DNA of 64,000 nt, taken from positions 57,830 to 121,829 of the forward strand of contig NZCN01000012.1 of assembly GCA_002688315.1 (NCBI GenBank). The letters are read 5' to 3'. A program made the position numbers and the translations under genes. Source of the stretch: Candidatus Woesearchaeota archaeon. GTDB lineage: Archaea > Nanobdellota > Nanobdellia > Woesearchaeales > UBA10216. Each line of letters starts with the position of its first letter. Position 1 is the stretch's first letter. Below are positions 27,337-36,490 of this stretch, one piece after another. The notes beneath the pieces were generated by a model. The model searched no databases and was not told the origin of the DNA. It was given only the letters and a program-made list of their open reading frames with translations.

Positions 27337-30300
27337 TATCCTCCAGTTTCCGCTTCGATTTTTATTCGACGTGCTGCAATATCAAATGCTTCATTAGTAG
27401 CTTTAAGCTCTGCAGTCTCTGCTTTAAAACCTGCATTACGAACTTTTTTCAAAAGATTGGGAAGTTGCTTTGACGCTGCAGCTTCTCCTTTTGGAATCAT
27501 AAGAATAAATTCTGGAGTTTGACCTGTAACCTCTTTAACTGCTTCTAAACGGTTAATTACCTTTTCAGTAACTCCGTTTTTCCAACCTAGAGGCTTCCAG
27601 CTCCATTTTCGTGGAATTTGCATATCCAAATTTCCAGCAGACATAGTTTTTACTTCTGTAACAATCCATTTATCGTTTATCTTATAGAAATCATCGAAAT
27701 CTCCTAGTAATCTGTTGCCTGCTTTTTCCCACACATCTAGGTTTCCTTTATCATTGAAAACCAGTTTATATTTGCTAGTTTCTTTGAAAACTGTTCCTGA
27801 GTTCCCTGCAGGTCTTACAAAAACAGCTCCTTCTTTAACTAATTCTTCTCCAACCATATCTGCTTGTTTCATAGATACTTTTTCTCCAAGCGCTCCTTTT
27901 ACATTGCCAATATGTTTAGTGTTAATGCCTGGCAAATCTGAAGGAGTTGTTGCTCGTAATAAATCATCTACAACTGTAGTTATTTTATTTGAAACACCTG
28001 CATTGTTCATTATTTTAACAATCATTCCAACAACGTTATCGTAAACCTTTAAACTTCCGCTAATTACTTTATATCCAATTGTATTTACACCATCACTAAC
28101 TTTTATGAAAGTATCACTTTCTTTTATTACTTTGATACCATAACCTAAAAATTTTTCAACATAAGGAATTGAATAAACTGTGCCTTTTAATACTACAAAC
28201 ACTTTTCCAAGTGCTTTGGCTATCCATATGGCAGGTATAAATGAAACACCTAAGAATGTAGCATCCAATTTACATTTTTCCCAGGTATTTTTCGCAAGTG
28301 TAGAAGATTTTTTTATGCAATTTCCGATATGGTCTTTATTAATTGCATTTCCAATAGTTAAGCCTGCTGGATTACAGCTAATACCGTACCAAATATTTTT
28401 CCCTACACCAGCCCACCAACTATCCGTCTCTTCAACACATTTAGCATAATCTCCATAAGCCCAACCTACGAAGCCTACCCAAACTATTGCAACAACTACG
28501 AGAGGAATTGCTTCAGGAGCATAAGTTTCGTCATAAGATGTAACTGTTATGGTATTTGAATCAACACCATTAATGTTTTGGCTTAAACTTTGCTGTTGAG
28601 ATTGCAAGTCAACATTTATATAGTGTTCTTCAAATTGTTCATCAACAAAAATATCTACGGAATAACGATGATCGTAAGGTTCTCCCCCATCTTCATCAGC
28701 TATTTTCATACCAATGCCTAATTGGTGAGACCCATAGTTAACATTAGAAATGTAAAAATTACCTGTTGTATCTGTAAGTCCTATCTTTTCTTGGTCAAGA
28801 AAAATATATGCGTTATAAATCGGATATCCTTCATCTGTTGCAGAATGTAGAGCTCTTACTTTTAACTGTAATTCACTTTCCTGAACTGAACAGCTACAAC
28901 CAAAACTAACATATTCTGTTCCATCAACATGCACTGTTCTTTCATTGCAGTAAGTTTTATCAGGGCATTCTACTTTTACGTTTCGACTTCCATAATTTGC
29001 GTCAAAACCTTTTTTACCATTACTGTCAGTTGTACTTTTTGATACGCTATCCAAATAAACATGTGCGCCACTCATTGCATTGTTATTATTGCTGTAGAAA
29101 ACATCAACATTTATCTTGCCTTCTGGAGCGATACAGTCTTGCGAACAACTATTATAATTCTCATTGCTTGAACATATTCCATCGCCACAATGTTCAGGCT
29201 CTGATGAAAGACAACCATCATAACCAGAATCATGCCCAGCATAATTTTGTTCACAATAAGGGTGTGATGAAGGACAGTCTGAATTTGTATCACAATCACA
29301 TTGAGAAGATGAACCGTCAGGAACATCACAATTTACCTGTTGAAAAGGTCCGTCACGACAAGTTTGATCGCTCGCCCAGTAGTAAGGATAGTCAGAAGGG
29401 CAACAGTTAAGAGTGTTTCCAGTGCAAGTTCCTACAGCACTACTATCTATGCAAACCCATTTTTTATCTTGGCAGCTATATATCGGTCTTCCATCACAAT
29501 AGTTTGTATTTTGGAAACAAATGTTTCCAGCTGGACAAGCATAAGGATATTCCGAATTACAACAAAACGCAGAGTTATCAGCACCACAAGAAGGTTCACC
29601 ATAAGTGCAAGATGTTTGTTTATCATAACAGTTATCGCCGCATTCTAAAGAGTCTTGAGGGCATGCATGGCAAGAACCATCGTATTTGTAAGGCTTATCT
29701 GAAGGGCAAGAAGATGATACTGTAAGCGGTTCTTCCTCTATGTTATTATTTTCATTAGTTTCAATAATATCGTCATTTAAATCAACTTCGTTCTTAACAG
29801 TATAAGTGCCTTGATTAAGATTTATGTTGTTTCTTATGCAACTTACAGCCTCTAAGAAGTCAATATCATCGATAGTGCATTCTCCGTAATAGGAGTTATC
29901 AATACGAAGTTCCATTACAAAACTATCAGTAACATCTTCAGGCCCAAGGTTTACAACAGTAAACCAGATTGTTATTGAATCGCTTTCTTTAGGACTGCTT
30001 GGATCAATTACGAAGCTTGAAGGTGCTAAATCAACAGGAGTCTGAGTTACTGAAAGACTTTCAGTATCTTCATTATTGCCTTCATCAGCTTCACCGATTT
30101 GATTGCCAGTATCAACTACAGTCTTAAGAGTATATGTGCCTGGAGCAAGTGTTACACCAGAACGTTCACAAAAAGTTGCTTCCAGAAAATCCAATCCGTT
30201 AGGATAATTACAATCTCCATATTGAACATCATCAATGTAAAATTTAATACGAAACTGGTCATTTATATCATCAGGGCCTGTATTAATAGCTTTATACCAA

Positions 30301-31337
30301 AAAGTAATAGAATCTTTATCAGAAGGGCTACTAGGACTAACATCTATATTGCCAGGAACAAGATCATAACTTGCTACATGAGATACAGTCAAACTTTGAG
30401 TTTTAATATTATTGTTCTCATTTGTTTCACCAACATTGTTTGATGGATCAACAATTATTTTGAGCGTATGCATACCTTCGCTCAAAGTTATACCTGTTCT
30501 AGTGCAACTACTGTACCATCCTGCAGTTAACCCATTATTTGCATTACATGTTTGATAGTGCACGTCATCAATGTAAAGCTTATAATTAAAGTAACCTGTT
30601 ATGTCGCTTGATCCATCGTTCTTAATCTCATACAAAATAGAGATAGAATCTTGGTCATTAGGACTGCTAGGCGTTACAATAAAACCCCAAGGAATAAGAT
30701 CATATTGATTGCTTGCAGCAAATGAACCTTTGATATAATAAGCTGAACTTGCACTGTAAGCACCTGAATAACCATAAACTCTTGCATAAACCCACCCTGA
30801 ATTCACGCTAACAACGCATTGCTCATCAGTTCCAGTTCCATCGTACGGCGAACAAATTTTATTACCGCAACTACTGTAAACCTCAAGCTCATAGTCTTTA
30901 TTTGAAGGAACATCTAAATCAACAGTAAAAGTTCCAGAAGAAGGCAAATCCCATTTGCGCCAGTCATCATCTCCATTATAATCAACATACCCAAGATACC
31001 ATGTGTTTAGATTCTTGACATACGCTTCTGGACACGTATTATCATAAGCTTGCGGAATTACGTCTTCTACGTTTTCAACTTCTACGTCTTCAGTATCTAC
31101 ATTGTCAACGTTAACAGACTTAGTGGAGACATCAGAATCCAATATAGTGACTTTTCCGTCTTCAGAAACCTGAATCTGGACTTCATTAACAACATCTGAT
31201 TTTTTTATTTCTTCTCCATACTTTTCAGTTGATGGAGAAAAAACATCAGAAAGCTGTTGTGCATAGCTCAATGGAGTCAACAGCAGAATGAGGCTTACAA
31301 ATATGACGTAACTTTTGTTAAACCAGTGAGCTATCAT
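27336..31337 (-). CDS. large surface protein (1333 aa) ending in a non-repetitive C-terminal module
   Basis: Domain order read by eye: signal peptide; PPC-like domain; four roughly 115-aa CARDB-like repeats; Cys-rich region; two CarboxypepD_reg-like domains. These are followed by hydrophobic segments at nt 28455-28515 and 28190-28262. The C-terminal module contains GDFDD...VTEVK. ATGA overlap with the upstream gene. Confidence 0.85.
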   Translation of the reverse strand: MIAHWFNKSYVIFVSLILLLTPLSYAQQLSDVFSPSTEKYGEEIKKSDVVNEVQIQVSEDGKVTILDSDVSTKSVNVDNVDTEDVEVENVEDVIPQAYDNTCPEAYVKNLNTWYLGYVDYNGDDDWRKWDLPSSGTFTVDLDVPSNKDYELEVYSSCGNKICSPYDGTGTDEQCVVSVNSGWVYARVYGYSGAYSASSAYYIKGSFAASNQYDLIPWGFIVTPSSPNDQDSISILYEIKNDGSSDITGYFNYKLYIDDVHYQTCNANNGLTAGWYSSCTRTGITLSEGMHTLKIIVDPSNNVGETNENNNIKTQSLTVSHVASYDLVPGNIDVSPSSPSDKDSITFWYKAINTGPDDINDQFRIKFYIDDVQYGDCNYPNGLDFLEATFCERSGVTLAPGTYTLKTVVDTGNQIGEADEGNNEDTESLSVTQTPVDLAPSSFVIDPSSPKESDSITIWFTVVNLGPEDVTDSFVMELRIDNSYYGECTIDDIDFLEAVSCIRNNINLNQGTYTVKNEVDLNDDIIETNENNNIEEEPLTVSSSCPSDKPYKYDGSCHACPQDSLECGDNCYDKQTSCTYGEPSCGADNSAFCCNSEYPYACPAGNICFQNTNYCDGRPIYSCQDKKWVCIDSSAVGTCTGNTLNCCPSDYPYYWASDQTCRDGPFQQVNCDVPDGSSSQCDCDTNSDCPSSHPYCEQNYAGHDSGYDGCLSSEPEHCGDGICSSNENYNSCSQDCIAPEGKINVDVFYSNNNNAMSGAHVYLDSVSKSTTDSNGKKGFDANYGSRNVKVECPDKTYCNERTVHVDGTEYVSFGCSCSVQESELQLKVRALHSATDEGYPIYNAYIFLDQEKIGLTDTTGNFYISNVNYGSHQLGIGMKIADEDGGEPYDHRYSVDIFVDEQFEEHYINVDLQSQQQSLSQNINGVDSNTITVTSYDETYAPEAIPLVVVAIVWVGFVGWAYGDYAKCVEETDSWWAGVGKNIWYGISCNPAGLTIGNAINKDHIGNCIKKSSTLAKNTWEKCKLDATFLGVSFIPAIWIAKALGKVFVVLKGTVYSIPYVEKFLGYGIKVIKESDTFIKVSDGVNTIGYKVISGSLKVYDNVVGMIVKIMNNAGVSNKITTVVDDLLRATTPSDLPGINTKHIGNVKGALGEKVSMKQADMVGEELVKEGAVFVRPAGNSGTVFKETSKYKLVFNDKGNLDVWEKAGNRLLGDFDDFYKINDKWIVTEVKTMSAGNLDMQIPRKWSWKPLGWKNGVTEKVINRLEAVKEVTGQTPEFILMIPKGEAAASKQLPNLLKKVRNAGFKAETAELKATNEAFDIAARRIKIEAETGG

Positions 31338-32050
31338 CGGAATAAATTGAAAAACTTAGTTATGAATGATTCATCACTTTCTTTTTCTTCCGGTTTTTCT
31401 GAACTGATTTTTTCAATAACTTGAACTTCCTCCTCAACTGCCTCTTTTTTATCTCCTGAAAATAATCCAGCTATTTTTTTAAAAAAGCCGTTTTCGGGTT
31501 GAACTTCTTTTTCTTCTTCTAAAGGCGCTTCAATAATAACTTCAACAGAATCATCATTCTCTTCAGTTTCCTCTATCAATTCACTGTTTGGTCCAGAACT
31601 ACTTACTCCTGTTGCCTCTTCTGATGCTTCCTGCGTATCTGAAGCTACAGAATCTGATGAAGGTACATGTACATCATAGCCAGCATCCAACGCTTCCTGC
31701 ACAGTCATTTTTCCAGTTGATTTAGCAGTTGTTTCTTGAACAACTACGTCATTACCGCCAGAAGTAACAATAGAAGTTTGAGTGCTTCTTTTATCAAGCA
31801 AATCAGTAACATTAATATCAAAACCTAATTCTTTTAATTCCTCTTCAGTAAGAGTTCTTCTTTTTTGAATTAAATCATCATTAGATGCTGCTTCATTCGA
31901 CTCTATTTCTATTGGAACCTGTGTTACTGATTCTTTTTCAATAGGTTTGGCAGGAATACTAACCGCTAACCCGTCAGCATAAGCTGAAAAAGACATTGAT
32001 AAAACCAATATCATTAATAACGAAAACAAAATGCTAAATTTTTTACACAT
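31334..32050 (-). CDS. acidic secreted protein (238 aa), first gene of the surface-protein operon
   Basis: GGAGG 6 nt upstream of ATG 32050; signal peptide MCKKFSILFSLLMILVLSMSFSAYA; Glu/Asp/Ser-rich. Confidence 0.7.
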   Translation of the reverse strand: MCKKFSILFSLLMILVLSMSFSAYADGLAVSIPAKPIEKESVTQVPIEIESNEAASNDDLIQKRRTLTEEELKELGFDINVTDLLDKRSTQTSIVTSGGNDVVVQETTAKSTGKMTVQEALDAGYDVHVPSSDSVASDTQEASEEATGVSSSGPNSELIEETEENDDSVEVIIEAPLEEEKEVQPENGFFKKIAGLFSGDKKEAVEEEVQVIEKISSEKPEEKESDESFITKFFNLFR

Positions 32051-32104
32051 TTTTATGCCTCCAAACATTTAAGCTACCAGAAACAACTGTTAATTTAAGA
32101 ATAT

Positions 32105-32232
32105 TTCTATATAAAACCGCAAGATTTTTAGAGAAGTTGAAAGATTTGCGATATTTTTGAAGGATTTTCGAATAAATTGGCTTTTTTCGAAGGATTTTCA
32201 AAGAAGTTGAAAATTTTCCGGAAAATTCAGGG
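32105..32232 (-). repeat. dispersed intergenic element, copy B (inverted relative to copy A)
   Basis: The reverse complement matches copy A blocks (32179-32205 identical 27-mer; 32113-32142). Internal duplication of TCAACTTCTnTnAAAATC. 16-nt perfect palindrome AATTTTCCGGAAAATT at 32212-32227. Confidence 0.8.
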
Positions 32233-32527
32233 GGCATATTAAATACTAAAAATACGCGGGATATATTTTCAAATACATTGTTGTAAGTAATTAACCCCAT
32301 GATTGTGAACTATTTTAGCTGAACTAACTTCCAATCACCTTTTTAATTATGATGTGAATGTGTGTAACGTCCTTATAATATGTGAGTATATACATTTCTG
32401 TCAAGTATATACATTTTAGGATTAGGGAGAGGAGTGTTACTATAAATACCTTTTCCTAAAAATATGAGAAATAATACAAAAAGTTCTCGACTATACGAAA
32501 CTTGGAAAACCTATTAACGCTTATATT

Positions 32528-32749
32528 TTGGTAGATGTTGACTACAACCTTCATTATGAAGCTCTTAAAAAAATATCTGCAATGCGTTTTGTTCAGGATG
32601 CTGTTGCAGTTACAGGCCCTAACGACATGTTAATAAAAGCAATAGTAAATGATGCAGAAGAACTTGGAGATTTTGTTTTGAAAAAACTAAAAAGCATACC
32701 TGGTGTTAGAAAAACAGAAACATTACTTGTTCTTGAAACTGCGAAATGA
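32528..32749 (+). CDS. stand-alone RAM (Lrp/AsnC ligand-binding) domain protein
   Basis: AYILV-type first strand and VTGPNDMLIKA...IPGVRKTETLLVL. TTG start. The frame is open 60 nt further upstream (from 32468) but has no ATG. Confidence 0.55.
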   Translation: MVDVDYNLHYEALKKISAMRFVQDAVAVTGPNDMLIKAIVNDAEELGDFVLKKLKSIPGVRKTETLLVLETAK

Positions 32750-32799
32750 TTTATAGCACTGCACAACAGAAAACTATATAAACAACTTCTACAAATTAA

Positions 32800-33354
32800 G
32801 TGTTGGGTGGTAATGTGAGTAAAAGTTTCTTCCAGACAGATCTATCTGAAATAGAAAAGATAAAACAAGAATTTGAGGCTGCTCTCAAAGGCATAAAAGA
32901 AGAGTTCGATGAGCATCGTGAAAGCATAAATGACAATACTAATGAAACACAGGCAAATTACGAATATCTTTCTAAGATTGATGAAAAACTTAACAAGCTA
33001 ACAGAACGTCTTGACCAGGTAGAATCATGGGTTTCAAGGCTTACTGGCGTTTCGATAAAAGAAGAAGAGGAAGAAATAAAAATAACACTTAGCGATAAGG
33101 AAAAAAGAGTTTTCCTTATACTTTACACTTCTTCACAGCCTGTAACTTATGAGCAAATAGGGCGAAGTATTAATGAAAACGATTTTTTAGTAAGAGGCTA
33201 CTTAACAAACATGCTGGAAAAAGGCATTCCTATACATAAGCGCTACATTGACAGGCAAGTATACTTATCATTAGACAAAGGATTTAAAGAAAAGCAGGCA
33301 AAACAAAATATTCTCGGAATAAATCAAACAACAGTAAAAGAATTCTTAAGTTAA
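32800..33354 (+). CDS. coiled-coil plus C-terminal winged-helix protein (putative regulator)
   Basis: N-terminal heptad region, then a LSDKEKRVFLILYTSSQPVTYEQIG HTH-like segment. Confidence 0.45.
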   Translation: MLGGNVSKSFFQTDLSEIEKIKQEFEAALKGIKEEFDEHRESINDNTNETQANYEYLSKIDEKLNKLTERLDQVESWVSRLTGVSIKEEEEEIKITLSDKEKRVFLILYTSSQPVTYEQIGRSINENDFLVRGYLTNMLEKGIPIHKRYIDRQVYLSLDKGFKEKQAKQNILGINQTTVKEFLS

Positions 33355-34607
33355 CTTCTTAGCTCAACAGCTTTCGCAACCCTGTCTACTGCCAAAAGGT
33401 ATGCAGATTCTCTCATGCTTAGCTTGTTTTTATTAGAATTTTTAAAAGTGGTTTCAAAAACATTACTCAACATTTGCTTCAGTTTTTCATACGTTTCTGT
33501 ATAACTCCAGTAATAGCCGTAATTGTTTTGAACCCATTCAAAATAGCTTGCAGTGACACCGCCAGAATTTGCAAGAATATCAGGAATTACCATGGCCTTT
33601 TTTTCATTCAAAATACGGTCAGCACCTGCGCTTACAGGCCCATTTGCCATTTCAACAACAAGTTTTGCTTTTACGTTATCAGCGTTTTTCAAAGTAATTT
33701 GATTGCCTAAAGCAGCTGGAATTAAAATATCAACATCAAGCTCTAAAAGTTCCTCATTAGTTATTAGCTTGCCTTTATCACTAACAACAGAACCAACTGA
33801 ATAACAATCAGCTATTGTTCCTTTTTCCAATTTACAAGTCATAGTTTTTTCAGGAGAAAAGCCTGACTTATTGTAAATAGCACCCCTAGAGTCAGACAGC
33901 GCAACAACCTTATAACCTGCATCATGCAAAAGCCTTGCAATATTAAAACCAACATTTCCAAAACCCTGAATTGCTACTGTTGTTGATTTTGGCTTTAATT
34001 TAAGGCGTGAGGTAGCATCATTGCAAACAAAAAAACCTCCTAAGCCTGTTGCTTCTTCACGTATTTGAATACCTCCAAGCTCTACAGGCTTTCCTGTAAA
34101 AGCGCTTGGCGCGTGATGCTTAACTAATAATTCGTACTGGTCAAGCATCCAACTCATTATTTTTGGAGTAGTATACACATCTGGAGCAGGAATATCCTTA
34201 TCAGGACCAATAAATTCGCTAAACGAGTCTACATAGCCTTTGCTCATATCTCTTAACTCATGCAAAGAAGATTTTTTTGGATCTACTATTATCCCTCCTT
34301 TAGCTCCTCCAAAAGGCAAACCAAGCAAAGAGCATTTCCATGTCATCCACATAGCTAAAGCTTTTACCTCTTCAATACTCACTTCAGGATGAAATCTTAT
34401 CCCTCCTTTAAATGGGCCTAGAGCGTCATTGTGCTGAATTCTGTAAGCATTAAAGTATTTTTTATCACCAGCACCCATTCTAACAGGAATATCATCTTTT
34501 AGAACATTTTTCGGCTCAGAAAGAGTCTTAAGCACCTTTCCATCCATATCTAACACTTTTGCAGCAGATGCCAACTGCTTTTTAGCACTGGTTAATTCAC
34601 TCTCCAT
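33351..34607 (-). CDS. gdhA: glutamate dehydrogenase
   Basis: GGAKGG catalytic Lys motif and the GFGNVG Rossmann dinucleotide motif. Confidence 0.95.
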   Translation of the reverse strand: MESELTSAKKQLASAAKVLDMDGKVLKTLSEPKNVLKDDIPVRMGAGDKKYFNAYRIQHNDALGPFKGGIRFHPEVSIEEVKALAMWMTWKCSLLGLPFGGAKGGIIVDPKKSSLHELRDMSKGYVDSFSEFIGPDKDIPAPDVYTTPKIMSWMLDQYELLVKHHAPSAFTGKPVELGGIQIREEATGLGGFFVCNDATSRLKLKPKSTTVAIQGFGNVGFNIARLLHDAGYKVVALSDSRGAIYNKSGFSPEKTMTCKLEKGTIADCYSVGSVVSDKGKLITNEELLELDVDILIPAALGNQITLKNADNVKAKLVVEMANGPVSAGADRILNEKKAMVIPDILANSGGVTASYFEWVQNNYGYYWSYTETYEKLKQMLSNVFETTFKNSNKNKLSMRESAYLLAVDRVAKAVELRS

Positions 34608-34670
34608 GAATACTTATTCCAAAGAGATATTTAAAAAATTTTGTTTTTTTTATTAAAACCTAGAACAAAA

Positions 34671-34850
34671 TTATTCAAATCTTCCTTTTACTTTATGTTC
34701 GTCAGAATTCAGTATTTTGTCTATGCTTTCTCTATAAGATTTTTCAGTTTTAGAAGTTCTAGAGAGCATTTTATAAGCTAAATAAAAGATTGCCAGCCCG
34801 AAAAGTACAAGAAACATCTTATTTTCAGCAAATAAGTTGAAGAATGGCAT
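34671..34850 (-). CDS. small membrane protein (59 aa)
   Basis: ATG 34850. The N-terminal 74 codons of the 133-aa track ORF are antisense to a Lys-rich plus-strand ORF and look spurious. Confidence 0.35.
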   Translation of the reverse strand: MPFFNLFAENKMFLVLFGLAIFYLAYKMLSRTSKTEKSYRESIDKILNSDEHKVKGRFE

Positions 34851-34932
34851 TTTTATTTTAAGTGCAAGCTTGTTTAAATACTTTTTGCTTAAAAGATAAA
34901 AATTTATAAACAATTGATTGCAAATAAAGATT

Positions 34933-35121
34933 ATGGCCAGAAGAAAAAAAGTAAAGTTTGACCCAACAAAAAACAGGAAACTGAATGAATTTCTTACAAA
35001 AATAAAAGTAGACGACAAGAAAAAAGACAAAATACTGGAATTTGTGGAAAAACTTACATTTGAAAAAGTCAAAGAAGCAAGCGTAAAAAAGAAAAAACCA
35101 GTTTTAAGGCTTAAATCTTAG
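34933..35121 (+). CDS. small Lys-rich basic protein (62 aa)
   Basis: ATG 34933 (MARRKKVKFDP...); divergent from the 59-aa ORF. Confidence 0.4.
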   Translation: MARRKKVKFDPTKNRKLNEFLTKIKVDDKKKDKILEFVEKLTFEKVKEASVKKKKPVLRLKS

Positions 35122-35122
35122 T

Positions 35123-36427
35123 TTATTCTTTTATAATCCCATAACCAATCAATCGCCATCTTGAGCCAAGAAGTCTTGAGATAGTAACTCTGGATTCTGT
35201 TTCTGCGCAGACAGGAATACGTAAGCTGCATTTAAGCGAATTCTTTTTTAGTTCGTTAACAATGCCAACAGTAGCTGCTGAGTTCACATTAAGCATGAGA
35301 TTTTCATTCATCTTTATAGGCTCAACCACAAGGTCATCTTTAGCTCCAACAACTCGCTCAAGCAAATTAACTTCAAGATTAAGATCATACCAAACAGTTG
35401 GAAGCTTTCCAGGAATTCCTGCAACATTTCCAACAAAAGCATCAGACTTTACAATTCCAGGGTCAAGCATTGTTAAAACACCCACAGAACCGCCAGGGTG
35501 AACTTGAGAAACATCATCATTACCTGCTTTCAAAGCTTTTATCTTAGTCAATAAAGGCTTCCAAACAGTTTTCCCGCGCTTTTGAGAATTATATCCTGGC
35601 TTCAACTCTAATTCATCTCCAACTTTCAAAGTACCTTGTTTTAAAGTTCCGCCTAAAACTCCTCCAACAAGTTTTTGATAATCAATTCCTGGCTTGTTTA
35701 TATCAAAAGATCTTGCTACAAACAGCAAAGGACTAAGTTCTTTATCTCTCTTAGGAGAAGGTATTTTTTCCTGTATTGCCTGAAGCAATGCATCAATGTT
35801 AACTTTATGCTGCGCAGAAATAGGAATTATCGGAGCCGCTGCGTAAGGTGTTCCTTTCAAAAACGCTTTTATTTGCTGATAATTTTTCTTTGCAACAGCA
35901 TTACTAACAAGGTCTATTTTGTTTTGAACAACAACAACATTCTTAATGCCTATGATTTGAAGCGCAACAAGATGCTCTCTTGTTTGCGGTTGAGGACAGT
36001 TTTCATTAGCAGCAATCAACAATAAAGCACCATCAATAATTGCAGTCCCAGACAGCATAGTAGCCATTAAGCTTTCATGCCCTGGAGCGTCAACAATACT
36101 AATCGTTCTTAACAACTCGCCTTTCTTTTTACAACTGCTGCTTTCATTAACTGAATAACACTGAGGAGATTCACAATCAGAACACTTATAGACACTAAAA
36201 TCCGCATAACCAAGCCTTATTGTAATTCCTTTTTTAATCTCTTCAGAATGCGTATCAGTCCATTTTTCAGACAAAGCCTGCACTAAAGTTGTTTTCCCAT
36301 GGTCAACATGGCCTACAATGCCAAGATTAAGCTCTGGCTGAAGAATCTTTTTAGCCTTACCACTGCTTTTATTTTCTTTCTCAACTTTTTTAGCTGCAGC
36401 AGTAGTTTTTTTAGCTATGGCAATCAC
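35123..36427 (-). CDS. eif2g: translation initiation factor aIF2 gamma subunit
   Basis: GHVDHGKTT G1 motif, zinc-ribbon Cys cluster (CSDCESPQC), VQNKID G4 motif; Lys-rich N-terminal extension. Confidence 0.95.
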   Translation of the reverse strand: MIAIAKKTTAAAKKVEKENKSSGKAKKILQPELNLGIVGHVDHGKTTLVQALSEKWTDTHSEEIKKGITIRLGYADFSVYKCSDCESPQCYSVNESSSCKKKGELLRTISIVDAPGHESLMATMLSGTAIIDGALLLIAANENCPQPQTREHLVALQIIGIKNVVVVQNKIDLVSNAVAKKNYQQIKAFLKGTPYAAAPIIPISAQHKVNIDALLQAIQEKIPSPKRDKELSPLLFVARSFDINKPGIDYQKLVGGVLGGTLKQGTLKVGDELELKPGYNSQKRGKTVWKPLLTKIKALKAGNDDVSQVHPGGSVGVLTMLDPGIVKSDAFVGNVAGIPGKLPTVWYDLNLEVNLLERVVGAKDDLVVEPIKMNENLMLNVNSAATVGIVNELKKNSLKCSLRIPVCAETESRVTISRLLGSRWRLIGYGIIKE

Positions 36428-36490
36428 CTAATGATGTTAGAATAAAGCAAAAAAGAGTTGTTTATAAAGTTAATTGGTTAATATTACTAT

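Noticed and set aside
18404-31000. Many 60-230-aa ORFs inside or antisense to the 2813-aa and 1333-aa genes (for example 21601-22290, 28997-29410, 30099-30443)
   Set aside because: They are embedded in long, motif-supported reading frames. Their compositions (Ser/Leu/Ile-rich) are typical of antisense translation.
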